DNA of 60,499 bases. It comes from an uncultured SAR86 cluster bacterium. Lineage in GTDB: Bacteria; Pseudomonadota; Gammaproteobacteria; Magnimaribacterales; D2472. Positions within the stretch are counted from its first letter, which is position 1; each line of letters begins with the position of its first letter. Both the position numbers and the translations under genes were made by a program. This document shows, piece by piece, positions 1 through 9,188 of the stretch. The notes under the pieces are model-generated. The model saw nothing but the letters and a program-made list of their open reading frames with translations, had not been told where the DNA came from and searched no databases. Location: assembly GCA_902551185.1 (NCBI GenBank), contig CACDCN010000003.1, positions 1 through 60,499 of the forward strand. Direction: 5' to 3'.

Positions 1-1
1 T

Positions 2-250
2 TACAATCTTGGCCCTACTAATATTATTAATGTTGCAAATCTTATCGATACCGATCCTAATAACGTAACTTGGGAGCAAATTGAAGAACAATTAAAAATT
101 CTAAGTGGAGAAGATTTAAATTTAATTGATAGTGAAAATTATTCTAGAGGTCAACAAGCAATTGATTATGTATATAGAGTTAATAGTTATTATAAAATTT
201 TAAGTGCTCACGCATGCATTGCACCTAAAGATCAATTAGTTTTCTTTTAA
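2..250 (+). CDS. 3' end of an unidentified protein-coding gene entering from upstream of the window (82 sense codons, TAA at 248-250); absent from the ORF track because it has no start in the window
   Basis: Hand translation of frame 2 gives [82 protein letters not shown]. Eighty-two stop-free codons are unlikely by chance in DNA this AT-rich. No family recognised. It overlaps the uvrB 3' end convergently by 26 nt. Confidence 0.5.
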   Translation, partial: YNLGPTNIINVANLIDTDPNNVTWEQIEEQLKILSGEDLNLIDSENYSRGQQAIDYVYRVNSYYKILSAHACIAPKDQLVFF

Positions 251-2234
251 GAAAAGCAATCTTATCTCTGCATAATGCAGCTTTTTCAAATTCCATTTTC
301 TTTGCAAATGCAAACATTTCATCTTCAAGTTTTTGCAAAGTGTCCGTTAAATTATCGACAGTATCATCCTTAATTTTAAAAGAGACAAATTTTTCGATAT
401 CTTCTTTCTTCTTTTTGCCTTTTCCCTTGATTACCCTTGCTCCTTCCATAATATCTTTAACTTTTGTATTAATCGATTTAGGAGTTATCTTGTTCTTTTT
501 ATTAAACGCTTCTTGGACGGATCTTCTTCTATCGGTTTCATCAATTGCTCTTTGCATTGATCCTGTAACTTTGTCAGCATATAAAATTGCCTTACCTCGA
601 ATATGACGAGCAGCCCTTCCAATAGTCTGAATTAAAGTTGTGTCTGATCTTAAAAAACCCTCCTTGTCCGCATCTAAAATTGCAACCAAACTGACCTCGG
701 GTATATCAAGCCCTTCTCTTAATAAATTAATGCCAACAAGTACGTCAAATTTACCTAACCTTAAGTCTCTTATGATTTCTACTCTCTCAACTGTATCTAT
801 ATCAGAATGCATATATCTTGCTGAAATATTATTTTCATTTAAATAATCGTTTAAATCTTCTGCCATACGTTTAGTTAGAGTGGTAATTAAAACTCTTTCT
901 TTCATTGCAACTCTTTCATTGCATTCACCAATAACATCATCGATTTGAGAGGATGCTGGTCTTATTTCAACATCTGGATCGGTTAAACCAGTTGGCCTAA
1001 CAAGCAACTCAACTAAATTATCTTGCTTCTCGTTTTCATATTTACTTGGAGTTGCTGAAACATAAATTCTTTGAGGCGCTAACATCTCCCATTCTTCAAA
1101 TCGTAATGGCCTATTATCAAGAGCGGATGGCAATCTAAAACCATATTCAACTAGAGTCTCTTTTCTTGATCTATCTCCTTTATACATGGCTCCTATTTGA
1201 GGAACAGACACATGAGATTCATCAATAAATACAATTGCATCTTTTGGTATGTAGTCAAATAAACAAGGTGGGGATTCTCCTGGCTTTCGTCCACTAAGAT
1301 ACCTGGAGTAATTTTCAATGCCTTGGCAGTACCCAAGCTCCCGCATCATCTCCATATCATAGTTAGTTCTTTCTTGAAGGCGTTGCGCTTCAACAAGTTT
1401 GTCATTATTTTTTAAAAAACTTAATCGCTCTTGAAGCTCTTCTTTAATATCAGGTATGCAATTAGTAACCGTCTCTCTTGGGGTTACGTAATGTGTTTTA
1501 GGGAATATAGTAGCTCTTGGTATTTCATTTATTAATTCACCAGTTAAAGGGTCAAACCAAGCAAGTTTTTCTATTTCATCTCCAAAGAACTGAATTCTTA
1601 ATGCTTCCTTGTCAGAGTCTGCGGGATAAACATCAACCGTATCCCCTCTTACTCTAAATGTTGCTCTTCTAAAATCTAAATCATTTCTAGTGTATTGAAG
1701 TGCTGAAAGTCTAAGCACTAAATCTCTTTGAGAAATTATGTCACCACGATCTAAATGAACGACCATTTTTAAATAAGACTCTGGCGCACCTAATCCATAT
1801 ATCGATGAAACAGTTGCAACCACAATAGTATCTTTTCTTTCAATCAATGCTTTAGTTGCTGAAAGTCGCATTTGCTCTATATGTTCATTTATTGAAGCAT
1901 CCTTGGCTATATAAGTATCTGATGTTGGTACATATGCCTCGGGTTGATAATAATCATAGTAAGAAACAAAGTACTCAACAGAATTATCAGGAAAAAAATC
2001 TCTAAACTCGCCATAAAGTTGTGCAGCAAGAGTTTTGTTATGGGCCATGACTATTGCAGGTCTTTGGGTCTCTTCTATAACCTTTGCCATAGTATAAGTT
2101 TTGCCAGATCCCGTCACTCCCAATAGAGTCTGATGAAGCAGACCATCTGATAGTCCAGAAACTAGATTTTTAATTGCTTCTGGTTGCGACCCAGCTGGCT
2201 CAAAATCGGATATTACCTTTAGTGCTTTTGTCAT
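225..2234 (-). CDS. uvrB: excinuclease ABC subunit B (UvrB)
   Basis: 669 aa. Walker [11 protein letters not shown], helicase motif [14 protein letters not shown], and a C-terminal UVR coiled coil ([19 protein letters not shown]). Length matches E. coli UvrB. Confidence 0.97.
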   Translation of the reverse strand: MTKALKVISDFEPAGSQPEAIKNLVSGLSDGLLHQTLLGVTGSGKTYTMAKVIEETQRPAIVMAHNKTLAAQLYGEFRDFFPDNSVEYFVSYYDYYQPEAYVPTSDTYIAKDASINEHIEQMRLSATKALIERKDTIVVATVSSIYGLGAPESYLKMVVHLDRGDIISQRDLVLRLSALQYTRNDLDFRRATFRVRGDTVDVYPADSDKEALRIQFFGDEIEKLAWFDPLTGELINEIPRATIFPKTHYVTPRETVTNCIPDIKEELQERLSFLKNNDKLVEAQRLQERTNYDMEMMRELGYCQGIENYSRYLSGRKPGESPPCLFDYIPKDAIVFIDESHVSVPQIGAMYKGDRSRKETLVEYGFRLPSALDNRPLRFEEWEMLAPQRIYVSATPSKYENEKQDNLVELLVRPTGLTDPDVEIRPASSQIDDVIGECNERVAMKERVLITTLTKRMAEDLNDYLNENNISARYMHSDIDTVERVEIIRDLRLGKFDVLVGINLLREGLDIPEVSLVAILDADKEGFLRSDTTLIQTIGRAARHIRGKAILYADKVTGSMQRAIDETDRRRSVQEAFNKKNKITPKSINTKVKDIMEGARVIKGKGKKKKEDIEKFVSFKIKDDTVDNLTDTLQKLEDEMFAFAKKMEFEKAALCRDKIAFLKRKLIDL

Positions 2235-2263
2235 TTACTTATATATAAAAAATTACTTATAAT
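2235..2263 (+). promoter_or_regulatory. sigma70-type promoter for tRNA-Asn: TTACTT (2235-2240) - 17 nt - TATAAT (2258-2263)
   Basis: Read directly. The -10 ends 16 nt before the mature tRNA 5' end. It sits immediately next to the uvrB start codon on the other strand. Confidence 0.45.
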
Positions 2264-2279
2264 GCTCTGCTATTAGCGT

Positions 2280-2354
2280 TCCTCAGTAGCTCAGCGGTAG
2301 AGCAGTTGACTGTTAATCAATTGGTCGTTGGTTCGATCCCAACCTGAGGAGCCA
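2280..2354 (+). tRNA. tRNA-Asn (anticodon GTT), CCA encoded
   Basis: Hand-folded cloverleaf: acceptor TCCTCAG/CTGAGGA, D stem GCTC/GAGC, anticodon stem GTTGA/TCAAT with loop CTGTTAA, T stem GTTGG/CCAAC with loop TTCGATC, discriminator G, then CCA. 75 nt. Confidence 0.93.
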
Positions 2355-2382
2355 ATTCTAAATTTTAATCTAAAAATATTCA

Positions 2383-2799
2383 CTAAATATTTAAAATAAA
2401 AAATTTCTTTATAAGATTATATAAATTATCTCTCACTTTAGTAAAAGCTACTCTTGATTGAATATCTGAAAATTTTTCATTAACAGGGTCTTCGTTCATC
2501 CAATGAATTTTCTTAGCATCATTATTAAGCACAGGACATACCTCTTCTGAGCACAGGGTAATAACAAAATCTAAATTATTAATAAAATCCTCATCTAAAT
2601 CATCTATAGATTTTGAGAATTGGTCTGAGATATCTATTCCAATTTCATTCATAGTCAACACTGCATTTGGATGAACATTGCCTGAAGGCTTAGATCCCGC
2701 ACTTTTAATAACGTATTTTGAGCCAAGTATTTCTTTTGCTAACCCCTCTGCTATTTGGCTTCTAGCTGAATTACCGACGCATAAAAATAAAATATTCAT
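2383..2799 (-). CDS. arsC: arsenate reductase, thioredoxin-coupled LMW-phosphatase family (ArsC-like)
   Basis: 138 aa. P-loop LCVGNSARSQ (C-x5-R) plus a downstream Cys pair TLCSEEVCP, matching the Bacillus/Staphylococcus ArsC C10/C82/C89 layout. Confidence 0.8.
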   Translation of the reverse strand: MNILFLCVGNSARSQIAEGLAKEILGSKYVIKSAGSKPSGNVHPNAVLTMNEIGIDISDQFSKSIDDLDEDFINNLDFVITLCSEEVCPVLNNDAKKIHWMNEDPVNEKFSDIQSRVAFTKVRDNLYNLIKKFFILNI

Positions 2800-2861
2800 T
2801 AATCAAAATTGTAGATTTTAAAATATGAGAGTATCTTATATCTATTAAGAAAAATTATTAA

Positions 2862-3980
2862 ATGTTTAATAAAGTAAGTGTGAGTAAAATGCTAGGTGGC
2901 CTAGAGGGTTATTTAGGAGAAGATGATTATTCTGAGCCGTTAGATATATTAATTAATTCTACAAATAAAAATAATAAATTTAATCTTTTTGGCAATATTG
3001 CTTTTAATAATCAGTTAAAAAATAGGTTAAAAGTCAGAAAAGATTTATATGAACTAATATCTAAAAATTCATTACCTCCTCCTGCTGATCCTGTATTTGT
3101 TACCGGGCTGCCTAGGTCCGGTACAACTTTTTTATTTAATCTTCTTGCTTTGGATAGCAATCATAGATCTCCATTATATGGGGAGATCATGGCCCCACTA
3201 CCATTAGCTAAAAATGAGAAACAAAAGGCATGGAAAGAAAGAAAAATAAATCTAGAGCTCAAGTTTGCTAGAACAATAATTCCAAAGTTAAGAAATATGC
3301 ATCATATAAGAGCGCAAACACCAGAGGAATGCATGTTAATAGCTACTATGAATATAAGAAGTATTGTATATATGTGCATGGTCGATGTGCCTGAATATGT
3401 TGAGTATCTCAAAAATTGCAGCTTTGAGTCTGTCTTTCTTTGGCATAAAAGGTTCTTTCAAATGCTTGAATTGACAGGTCGCCCAAATAGATGGCTTCTT
3501 AAAGACCCAAGCCATATAGGACATATTCCAGAAATACTATCTACATATCCAAATGCACGTTTTATAAATATTCATAGAAATCCAATTCAATCAATTGCGT
3601 CATTTTGTAGCCTAACTAAAAATATAAGATCAGCATTTTCAAAAAATGTCGACACTAAAGAGATTGGGAAGACAGTTCTAGATTTTTGGCAACATAATTT
3701 AAACAAGGGTATGAGTTATAGAGAATCTCTAAGACCAAACCAAATAGCAGATATTAACTACGAAGATTTTATTAAAAGCCCTTTAGACACTATAAAAAAT
3801 ACTTATTCAGTACTAGGTTTTGACATTGATATTGAGACAGAAAATAAAATGGGAGAATATTTAATCAAACAAAATCAAATAAAAAAGGAAAAACATAATT
3901 ATTCGCTTGAAGAATTCGATCTATCGCCAGAAATAGTTAATGATCATTTTCATAACTACATGATGAGCCATGAATTTTAG
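2862..3980 (+). CDS. sulfotransferase family protein (PAPS-dependent), substrate unknown
   Basis: 372 aa. 5'-phosphosulfate binding loop GLPRSGTTFLFNLL and a later IHRNPxxSxxS-type 3'-phosphate motif. Confidence 0.7.
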   Translation: MFNKVSVSKMLGGLEGYLGEDDYSEPLDILINSTNKNNKFNLFGNIAFNNQLKNRLKVRKDLYELISKNSLPPPADPVFVTGLPRSGTTFLFNLLALDSNHRSPLYGEIMAPLPLAKNEKQKAWKERKINLELKFARTIIPKLRNMHHIRAQTPEECMLIATMNIRSIVYMCMVDVPEYVEYLKNCSFESVFLWHKRFFQMLELTGRPNRWLLKDPSHIGHIPEILSTYPNARFINIHRNPIQSIASFCSLTKNIRSAFSKNVDTKEIGKTVLDFWQHNLNKGMSYRESLRPNQIADINYEDFIKSPLDTIKNTYSVLGFDIDIETENKMGEYLIKQNQIKKEKHNYSLEEFDLSPEIVNDHFHNYMMSHEF

Positions 3981-4014
3981 TGATAAAATTGCATGAATAA
4001 TCTAGGATAAATTA

Positions 4015-4632
4015 TTGAAAAACTACAAAATTAAAACTTTAGTAATATTTTCTACATCGCTTTTGCTTTTAAGCTCATGCGGAGATAGAACTAGTAATAA
4101 CGAGATTGAAAAAATTATGGAGAAAACTATGACACAAGTAACTATTAAAACGTCTGTTGGTGATATCCAACTTGAGCTAAATAATGAAAAAGCGCCTATT
4201 ACAGTTGAAAACTTCAAAGCCATTGCTAATTCAGGCTACTATGAAGGAACTATATTCCATCGTGTAATAAATGGATTTATGGTTCAAGGTGGTGGTTTAA
4301 CTGCAGATATGAATAATAAATCAAGTGGTACCAGTCCTATTCAAAATGAAGCAAACAATGGTCTAACAAATGACAGAGGAACTATTGCAATGGCAAGAAC
4401 CATGGACCCTCATTCTGCAACTAGTCAATTCTTTATTAATCATAAAGATAATGGATTCTTAAACCACACCGGAGAAAATTCTCAAGGTTGGGGTTATGCA
4501 GTTTTTGGCACTGTGACTGAAGGTATGGATATTGTTGATCAAATTGCTGATGTTGAAACAGGGTCTTCTGGCGGTCATCAAGATGTTCCCACTGAAGTTA
4601 TAACAATAGAGTCTGTTACTATTAGTGAATGA
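4015..4632 (+). CDS. cyclophilin-type peptidyl-prolyl cis-trans isomerase; PpiB-like core preceded by a lipoprotein signal if the TTG at 4015 is used (alternative ATG starts at 4117 and 4129)
   Basis: [20 protein letters not shown] and GWGYAVFG align with E. coli PpiB. The ppiB-lpxH order is conserved. The N-terminal extension [22 protein letters not shown] has an n-region, an h-region and an LSSC lipobox. AGGA lies 7 nt before the TTG and GGAGA lies 5 nt before the ATG at 4129. Confidence 0.9.
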   Translation: MKNYKIKTLVIFSTSLLLLSSCGDRTSNNEIEKIMEKTMTQVTIKTSVGDIQLELNNEKAPITVENFKAIANSGYYEGTIFHRVINGFMVQGGGLTADMNNKSSGTSPIQNEANNGLTNDRGTIAMARTMDPHSATSQFFINHKDNGFLNHTGENSQGWGYAVFGTVTEGMDIVDQIADVETGSSGGHQDVPTEVITIESVTISE

Positions 4633-5345
4633 AGCCACGCTTTATATCAGATATACATTTAAGTGAAGATAATACTCATTTAACTAATGCTTTCAAAGCA
4701 TTCTTAAATGAATCCAAAGAAGATTGCACTCACCTATTTATTTTAGGAGACTTATTTGAAATTTGGATTGGTGATGATGATGAAAATGCTTTCATTGAAG
4801 AAATAAAAAAAATTCTAATCGATTTTACTGCAAATGGTCCTGAAACATTTTTTATGCATGGCAATAGAGACTTTCTGTTAGGGGAAAATTTTGCTAACGA
4901 AGTAGGTATTTCTTTGCTGCCTGACCCATATACATTAGATATAAATGGGTTAAAAGTTATTCTGAGTCATGGTGACTTTTTATGTACTGATGACGTTGAT
5001 TATATTAATTTTAGAAATCAAGTAAGGTCTGAAGATTGGCAAAACGATTTCCTGTCTAAAAGCATCGAAGAGAGAAAGCAAATAGCGCAATCTTTAAGAT
5101 CCCATAGCAAAAAGGCAACATCCGATAAGTCTCTTGAAATCACAGATGCAAATCTTGAAACAGTAAATAAATTTATTAAAGAACATAACCCAGATATTTT
5201 TATTCATGGGCATACACATAGACCCAAAATTCACCAACACGATTCTACACAGAGAGTTGTGCTTGGAGATTGGGATAATAGTGGGTGGTATCTATCAATT
5301 ATTGACTGTAATTTAAATCTAAAAGAACTTGAAATATATGATTGA
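4629..5345 (+). CDS. lpxH: UDP-2,3-diacylglucosamine diphosphatase (LpxH)
   Basis: 238 aa. Calcineurin-like metallophosphoesterase motifs [23 protein letters not shown] and HGHTHRP. Start overlaps the PPIase stop (ATGA). Confidence 0.93.
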   Translation: MKPRFISDIHLSEDNTHLTNAFKAFLNESKEDCTHLFILGDLFEIWIGDDDENAFIEEIKKILIDFTANGPETFFMHGNRDFLLGENFANEVGISLLPDPYTLDINGLKVILSHGDFLCTDDVDYINFRNQVRSEDWQNDFLSKSIEERKQIAQSLRSHSKKATSDKSLEITDANLETVNKFIKEHNPDIFIHGHTHRPKIHQHDSTQRVVLGDWDNSGWYLSIIDCNLNLKELEIYD

Positions 5346-6099
5346 TAAAAGGTGCAATAGTGATGAGTGGTATGTCGATAGATATGACTATCGAAATGAG
5401 GAATCAATTCTTTTGTATAGTAAAAAATTAGAGGGTAAAACCTTAAGAGATGTCTTATCAGAAAAGGAAGTCAAAGAAATAGAGAATCATAAATTAGATA
5501 AAGGTGATCTTGGAAAAATAATTGAAGAGCACTATTTTGGATTAAAAACAAACTCATCACCAGAACCGGATTTTAGTGATATCGGGTTAGAGCTAAAAGT
5601 AACCGCATGTAAAATAAATAATAATAAACAGCTTGTTACTAAAGAAAGATTAGTTTTGAACATCATCAATCCATTTGAAATAGTTAAAGAAAAATGGGAA
5701 TCATCAAGCTTCTTAAAAAAAAATAATCGAATTTTATTGTTGAGATATATTTGTCCAATGAATCCTCACGATAATAGCAAGGTCGACTACTCTGTAAGTA
5801 AATTAGATTATAAATTTATAAGCATCTCAATTCATGTAATGAAAAATAGTTTATTTATAAAAGAAATTAAAAATGACTGGGAATACATATTTAATAAAAT
5901 TAACGATGGTAGACCAGATCTCTTATCGGAAAAATATACAACCTATATGGGGCCTTGTCCAAAAGGAAGTGATAAGAATAGTATAAGAAATTATCCAAAT
6001 TACAAAGGAAAATTCATGCAAAGAGCATTTGCATTGAAGACAAATTACATGAATATTTTATTAATGGGCTCAGATATAGTTTCTAATTGGAAAAAATAG
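5338..6099 (+). CDS. MutH/Sau3AI-family endonuclease (probable GATC-specific), single domain, 253 aa (ORF opens at 5329)
   Basis: Colinear with E. coli MutH as I recall it: DKGDLGKIIEEHYFG, PEPDFSDIGLELKV (catalytic D...ExK), LKKNNRILLL, NDWEYIF and QRAFALKTNYMNILL. The ATG at 5338 overlaps the lpxH stop (ATGATTGA). Confidence 0.8.
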   Translation: MIDKRCNSDEWYVDRYDYRNEESILLYSKKLEGKTLRDVLSEKEVKEIENHKLDKGDLGKIIEEHYFGLKTNSSPEPDFSDIGLELKVTACKINNNKQLVTKERLVLNIINPFEIVKEKWESSSFLKKNNRILLLRYICPMNPHDNSKVDYSVSKLDYKFISISIHVMKNSLFIKEIKNDWEYIFNKINDGRPDLLSEKYTTYMGPCPKGSDKNSIRNYPNYKGKFMQRAFALKTNYMNILLMGSDIVSNWKK

Positions 6100-7389
6100 T
6101 TACACATTATGCATCTTAAAAAGGGCTTTTCCTAACCCTTCGATAACACCAACAACAAGGGCATTACCCATAAAGAAAGAGCGTTTGGTATCGCTAGCTG
6201 ATTTTGTAAAATTATCTGGAAACATATTTGCCCTTTCAAGCTCTATTGGAACTAAACGTCTATATTTCCCATGATCTTCTATAACATGTTTAAATCTGCT
6301 TGGTGTCGTTCCTCCTTCGCTCGTAATAATAGTTCTCATGGGTTTGTCTAATTTTTCAGGAAAACTCATTGGACCTTCTACATAATAAAATATTTCGCCA
6401 TTGCTTTTTTTGCGTTCCTCTTTTTTTGCACCCTTAAGGTATTTCCACCTATCTAGATCTTCTCCTAAATAAAATTCTTCTGATACCTCATTATGGCTAA
6501 CTAAAATATCTTTTAATGTTTTTTGTACGCCATCATATTTTGGTTCTGTTTTTGTGGTCCAGACTTCGCGATTAATCATCACACCAGAATTTTCAAAAAC
6601 ACCTTTATGACCTTTTTCTTTATTAAAGTTGCTAGTTATTTCAACTAAATCACCTTCTATCTTGAAGGAATTAAAATAAAAATCATCGATTAGCCTAAGT
6701 TGACCTTTTCTTTTAGTGTTCACTGGAAAAGCTTTCGCTATTACACCTTTTTTAAAAATCCACTCTGAATAAGAAGAGTATTTCTTATATATAGGAGATT
6801 TCTTATGATAAGCAAATATAAATACCCTTCTTCGCCTTTGCGGCATTCCGTAATCTGCTGCATTAATAACTCTCCACTCAACCATATAACCTAAATCTGC
6901 AAGAGATGCTAATATAATTGCGAAATCTTTGCCTCTTTGCTTTACTGGCGATTTAATCAATCTATCAACGTTTTCTAATAGAACATATTTTGGTCTTTTG
7001 GCCTCTAATATATCTCTTATGCTCCACCATAAAACTCCTTTTTTTCCTTCAATTCCCTTCGACTTTCCCAGTTGTTTTGCAACCGAATAATCCTGACATG
7101 GAAAGCCCCCTACCAATAAATCATGCCTTGGTACAGATTTTGGATTGACCGTTCCGATGTCTTCATTTGAGTGCCCTTCACTTCCAAACATTTCTTTATA
7201 GACATCGCTTGCGTGTTGGACTTTTACTCCTGGCTCCCATTGATTATTCCAAACAGTTTCGTAGTTTTTAACCATTCTTTTTGTATAACCACTACTGGGG
7301 GACTTGCCTTTCCATCCCTCTAAGCCAAGTCTAAATCCACCAACTCCAGCAAATAATTCAACAACTTTTAATTTTTCTTTTTTAGGCAT
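6100..7389 (-). CDS. DNA (cytosine-5)-methyltransferase
   Basis: 429 aa. Motif I ELFAGVGGF, motif IV GGFPCQDYS, motif VI LLENVDRL, motif VIII QRRRRVFIFAY and motif X FMGNALVVGV. Its stop abuts the nuclease stop. Confidence 0.95.
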   Translation of the reverse strand: MPKKEKLKVVELFAGVGGFRLGLEGWKGKSPSSGYTKRMVKNYETVWNNQWEPGVKVQHASDVYKEMFGSEGHSNEDIGTVNPKSVPRHDLLVGGFPCQDYSVAKQLGKSKGIEGKKGVLWWSIRDILEAKRPKYVLLENVDRLIKSPVKQRGKDFAIILASLADLGYMVEWRVINAADYGMPQRRRRVFIFAYHKKSPIYKKYSSYSEWIFKKGVIAKAFPVNTKRKGQLRLIDDFYFNSFKIEGDLVEITSNFNKEKGHKGVFENSGVMINREVWTTKTEPKYDGVQKTLKDILVSHNEVSEEFYLGEDLDRWKYLKGAKKEERKKSNGEIFYYVEGPMSFPEKLDKPMRTIITSEGGTTPSRFKHVIEDHGKYRRLVPIELERANMFPDNFTKSASDTKRSFFMGNALVVGVIEGLGKALFKMHNV

Positions 7390-7397
7390 GTTCCAGC

Positions 7398-7426
7398 ATT
7401 ATACGTGATTGATTTTAAGTGATCAA
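7398..7426 (-). promoter_or_regulatory. near-consensus sigma70 promoter of the methyltransferase: TTGATC (complement of 7421-7426) - 17 nt - TATAAT (complement of 7398-7403), only 8 nt before the ATG
   Basis: Read on the minus strand: TTGATC-ACTTAAAATCAATCACG-TATAAT-GCTGGAAC-ATG. There is no Shine-Dalgarno sequence. The -35 hexamer contains GATC (7421-7424). Confidence 0.55.
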
Positions 7427-7459
7427 CATCAAAAAATAATATTGTTTTGTTTTATATTA

Positions 7460-7479
7460 TACTGTATATTTATACAGTA
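7460..7479. promoter_or_regulatory. LexA (SOS) box TACTGTATATTTATACAGTA overlapping the umuD -10
   Basis: Perfect CTGT-N8-ACAG arms. The candidate umuD promoter is TTGTTT (7442-7447) - 17 nt - TATATT (7465-7470), so the box covers the -10 and the start site. It lies 19 nt upstream of the umuD ATG. Confidence 0.85.
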
Positions 7480-7497
7480 TATAAAAATATCTATCTT

Positions 7498-7926
7498 ATG
7501 AAAGTTGACTACATCGGAAAAATTTCTGAAGAAAATCTGCCGGCAATATTTGTGCCCTATTTTCTTGAATCAGTCCATGCCGGATTCCCTAGTCCGGCAA
7601 GCGACTATATCGAAAGCCCTATAGATTTAAATAAGCATCTGATAAAAAATGGGGCTGCAACTTTTCTAGTTAGAGCCCAGGGCCAATCTATGGCTGGATC
7701 AGGCATTACTGATCAAGCGGTTTTAATAGTTGATAGAAGTATAAAACCATCCCATAACAGTATTGTAGTTGCAACTCTAGATGGTGAGTTTGTATGTAAA
7801 AGATTAAAACTCAAACCAAAAATGTGCTTGATGCCAGACAATCCAGACTACCCTCCTATATTTATAAATAATGGACAAGAATTAGAAATAGTAGGAACCG
7901 TAACAGCTGCCATTAATAAATTCTAA
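7498..7926 (+). CDS. umuD: translesion polymerase V accessory subunit UmuD (LexA-like self-cleaving peptidase S24); ORF opens at 7447 but the ATG at 7498 lies downstream of the SOS box
   Basis: Cleavage site HAGFPSPA (Ala-Gly), Ser nucleophile GQSM, Lys in FVCKRLK. Colinear with E. coli UmuD. Confidence 0.9.
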   Translation: MKVDYIGKISEENLPAIFVPYFLESVHAGFPSPASDYIESPIDLNKHLIKNGAATFLVRAQGQSMAGSGITDQAVLIVDRSIKPSHNSIVVATLDGEFVCKRLKLKPKMCLMPDNPDYPPIFINNGQELEIVGTVTAAINKF

Positions 7927-9188
7927 TGACCGTTGCTCTTGTGGACTGTGAAAGTTTTTATGCGTCTTGTGAAAGAATCTTTCGCCCAGATCTAAAAAAT
8001 AAACCCATCGTTGTTCTCTCTAATAATGATGGATGTGTCATTGCATTTAGTAAAGAGGCAAAAAAGATGGGGATTAGTATGGGTGTACCATGGTTTAAAG
8101 TAAAAAAACCTTTTCTCAAGCAAAAAGGTCAAGTATTTTCATCTAATTTTGCATTTTATGGAGATATGTCAGCCAGAGTTATGAATATTTTGGAAGGGTT
8201 TGTTCCAAAGACTGAAGTTTATAGCATTGATGAAGCTTTTTTAGATTTTGATACATTGAAACAAAATTATGATTTATATGACTTTAGTTGCCATATAAGA
8301 TCTCTTATAAAACAATGGACCGGAATCCCGGTTCGAATCGGCATAGCCCCAAATAAAACTCTAAGTAAAATTGCAATCAGTGAAATTAAAAGAAGAAATA
8401 TACCAACATCTGTTTTGTATCTATCAAATGATAAAGAAATTAAAAATGCTCTTAAGAATACACCCGTACACAAAATATGGGGAGTGGGAAGAAGATTGAA
8501 TGAGCATTTAACATCTGCCGGGATTAATACTGCATTAGATTTAACAAAAATAAGCCCTCAGCATATTAGAACAAAATTTAGTATTGTCTTAGAAAGAACG
8601 GTGAGAGAGTTAAGAGGAGAAAAATGTCTAACTATTGAAAACAATATCGAATCAAAAAAACAAATTATTGTCAGCAGAAGTTTTGGTGAAAGAGTTTCTA
8701 ATTTCGAAACTTTAAGACCTATAGTTAGTAATTTCGCTGTTAGAGCTGCAGAAAAATTAAGGAGTGAGAAACAAAAATGTTCTCAAGTATCAGTTTTTGT
8801 AAAAACAAGCCCTTTCAATAAGGCCAAGCCTCAGCATGCTGAGATAAAAACCATAAAACTATTTACTCCTACAAACGATACCAGAAATATTCTAATAGCT
8901 GCTAAAAAAGGATTATTATCAATTTTTAGATTAGGCTATGATTATGCAAAGGCTGGCATAATCTTAAATAAGTTCTCAAATGAAAAAACGAAACAATATT
9001 CACTCTTTCAAGACCCTGATGAACCAAAAGAAAATATGAAATTTATGAATTATATTGATCAAATAAACACCCAAGAAACTCAAATCTATTTTGCATCACA
9101 AAATACTAAAACATGGTCACCAATGAAACAAAACATGACTTCACCCAGATACACAACAAACTGGCATGAATTGCCCAAGGTCAATTAA
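7926..9188 (+). CDS. umuC: Y-family DNA polymerase V catalytic subunit UmuC
   Basis: 420 aa. VALVDCESFYASCERIFRPDL, SIDEAFLD, and little-finger region. Start overlaps the umuD stop (TAATG). Confidence 0.93.
   Translation: MTVALVDCESFYASCERIFRPDLKNKPIVVLSNNDGCVIAFSKEAKKMGISMGVPWFKVKKPFLKQKGQVFSSNFAFYGDMSARVMNILEGFVPKTEVYSIDEAFLDFDTLKQNYDLYDFSCHIRSLIKQWTGIPVRIGIAPNKTLSKIAISEIKRRNIPTSVLYLSNDKEIKNALKNTPVHKIWGVGRRLNEHLTSAGINTALDLTKISPQHIRTKFSIVLERTVRELRGEKCLTIENNIESKKQIIVSRSFGERVSNFETLRPIVSNFAVRAAEKLRSEKQKCSQVSVFVKTSPFNKAKPQHAEIKTIKLFTPTNDTRNILIAAKKGLLSIFRLGYDYAKAGIILNKFSNEKTKQYSLFQDPDEPKENMKFMNYIDQINTQETQIYFASQNTKTWSPMKQNMTSPRYTTNWHELPKVN

Noticed and set aside
2235-2382. Searched the uvrB upstream region for a LexA box (uvrB is SOS-regulated in E. 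coli)
   Set aside because: No CTGT-N8-ACAG-like sequence is present. The region is occupied by the tRNA-Asn gene and its promoter.
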